Source: Escherichia coli (GTDB lineage Bacteria > Pseudomonadota > Gammaproteobacteria > Enterobacterales > Enterobacteriaceae). Taken from it: a stretch of DNA of 64,000 nucleotides. Positions within the stretch are counted from its first letter, which is position 1, and every line of letters starts with the position of its first letter. Location: the NCBI RefSeq assembly GCF_013315695.1, contig NZ_CP054353.1. The stretch is one strand, 5' to 3'. The notes below the pieces were generated by a model, which was given only the letters and a program-made list of their open reading frames with translations, had not been told where the DNA came from and ran no database searches. Both the position numbers and the translations under genes were made by a program. Shown piece by piece: positions 63,029-64,000 of the stretch.

Positions 63029-63206
63029 ATGTCCGGTTTTAGTGTCTGTTTTTTGCGCATGTCCGGTTCATAGAAAGCATGTTTTTATATTTTTCATATG
63101 GTTAACTTGCAGAGAAACCGGACATGGATCCCGGAAAATTTTCATAAATAGTGAAAACGCGCGAGGTCGCCGCCCCGTAACGGGTCCATATGCCGGAAAG
63201 GACCCG
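63029..63206 (-). other. Lambda-type cos site 2 (cosQ-cosN-cosB-like), opposite orientation
   Basis: The minus strand reads cgggtcctttccggcatatggacccgttacg|GGGCGGCGACCT(63175-63164)|cgcgcgttttcactatttatgaaaattttccgg. Then ATGTCCGGTT motifs follow at 63116-63125 (inverted), 63059-63068 and 63029-63038. Confidence 0.75.
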
Positions 63207-63207
63207 T

Positions 63208-63233
63208 AAAAAAAAGCCGGATTTCTCCGGCCT
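63208..63233 (-). terminator. Intrinsic terminator between the 137-aa gene and cos-2
   Basis: The minus strand reads ggccggag-aaa-tccggc plus T8. Confidence 0.7.
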
Positions 63234-63237
63234 TGTC

Positions 63238-63651
63238 TCAGATGGTTTTCAGTATGCGATCGATGTCGCCGTCATCGCCCTGGTTTCTGCCATCGTACGC
63301 CATGCCAGCTGATACGGCTTGCGGGCTGTGCATGTCCATAAAGTTTTCAAAGGCTGCGGTAAGCTCTGGTGCAACCTTTGGGCGCTCCTGCTCTATGGTC
63401 ATGTTCAGGATTTCACGAGCATTATCGACGCTAATACATGGCACGTTTGCCATTGCACGTAACAGCGGCTGATAGTCGTTATGTTCATGAAGCGCCATAA
63501 TCGCATCAGCGCGCGGCTTGTCCTGTTCTTCCAGTTTGTTGAGTTGATATACGGCCTCGTAGGTTGATAAACCTCTGTCAGCCATTGCCCGCGCTTCTGC
63601 TTTAAATTTACTCGCCAGCGGTAGCGCCATGATGCTTTCATTCGTTGCCAT
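63238..63651 (-). CDS. Hypothetical helical protein (137 aa), last gene before cos-2
   Basis: Clean ORF MATNESIMALPLASKFKAEARAMADRGL... No recognisable motif. Confidence 0.6.
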   Translation of the reverse strand: MATNESIMALPLASKFKAEARAMADRGLSTYEAVYQLNKLEEQDKPRADAIMALHEHNDYQPLLRAMANVPCISVDNAREILNMTIEQERPKVAPELTAAFENFMDMHSPQAVSAGMAYDGRNQGDDGDIDRILKTI

Positions 63652-63663
63652 CGTTTCCCCTGC

Positions 63664-63999
63664 TTATCGCGCCAGCGGCTGAACGGATACGCCAGAACCC
63701 GCAAAGGCGGCGCATTTTTTCGCGTCAGTGTCGGCGCTCTCAGGCCAGTTTACGGCGGCGATATTAAATATCCCCGTCTTGTAACACTGTGCTGATTTCT
63801 GCTTTGACGTGTCCACGGGGTACGAAGTCAGATAAACAGCCTTGCCAGATTCCTGACCATCCCACGGCTTAAACTCGCCATTGTCCGCCAGCATCAGCGG
63901 GGTAAATTCCTGAATAACGCCAGCATCAGCGGCAAAATGTACCAGCGTCGTGGATACCTGCTGACTGCCTGCAAATAACTCAATGTATGGAGTGTCCAT
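63664..63999 (-). CDS. Head decoration protein, lambda gpD family
   Basis: 111 aa. TPLML, WDG, YKTGIF, WPE and KK..AFAG blocks align with remembered lambda gpD (TPLML..WDG..YKSGTF..WPE..KKRTAFAG). The start is 1 nt from the window edge. Confidence 0.75.
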   Translation of the reverse strand: MDTPYIELFAGSQQVSTTLVHFAADAGVIQEFTPLMLADNGEFKPWDGQESGKAVYLTSYPVDTSKQKSAQCYKTGIFNIAAVNWPESADTDAKKCAAFAGSGVSVQPLAR

Positions 64000-64000
64000 A

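Overview
The window is an Escherichia coli-type chromosome segment, read in reverse relative to the K-12 map. The gene order is ycaC' - dmsC-dmsB-dmsA - [prophage] - serS - rarA - lolA - ftsK - lrp - trxB - cydD - cydC - aat - infA - tRNA-Ser(GGA) serW - 2-repeat orphan type I-F CRISPR - clpA - clpS. Two blocks of foreign DNA interrupt this backbone. (1) A ~38.8 kb P2-like prophage (4323-43165) is integrated in the serS terminator and flanked by a 16-bp direct repeat. It has a complete P2-type set: int, CI, early operon with exonuclease, Dam and gpA; cos; Q P | O N M L X; lysis genes; R S V W J I H G; then U T E FII FI on the opposite strand; D; ogr. It also carries several cargo or unusual loci. 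These are an AT-rich divergent gene pair and a reverse-oriented membrane gene inside the early operon, and a 99%-identical 2 x 829 bp tandem duplication. That duplication contains a GC-rich, strongly structured non-coding element. Further cargo is a 3-TM protein at the cos-proximal (old/tin-equivalent) position, a 645-aa NanS-p-like sialate O-acetylesterase between the lysis and tail genes, and a hok-like type I toxin next to attR. (2) To the right of clpS (about 61290 to the window end), cspD would be expected but foreign DNA is present instead. It holds a dense field of phased short repeats (GTTAAC x6, CGAACAA x3 at 10-bp phase, ATTAACTACACC x2). It also holds a frameshifted small ORF with a 20-bp perfect palindrome and a 93-aa gene. 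The most unusual feature of this block is two diverged lambda-type cos sites facing each other 512 bp apart, each with its own triplet of putative terminase-binding repeats and no terminase gene. A lambda gpD-like head-decoration gene and a 137-aa gene read into the second cos. I regard this cos pair and gpD-like block (a possible lambdoid-phage satellite or PICI-like element, cut by the window edge) as the best candidate for something undescribed. The duplicated structured RNA-like element and the cos-proximal membrane cargo gene in the P2-like prophage come next. All homology statements rest on reading the translated ORFs and on remembered family features. No database search was possible.
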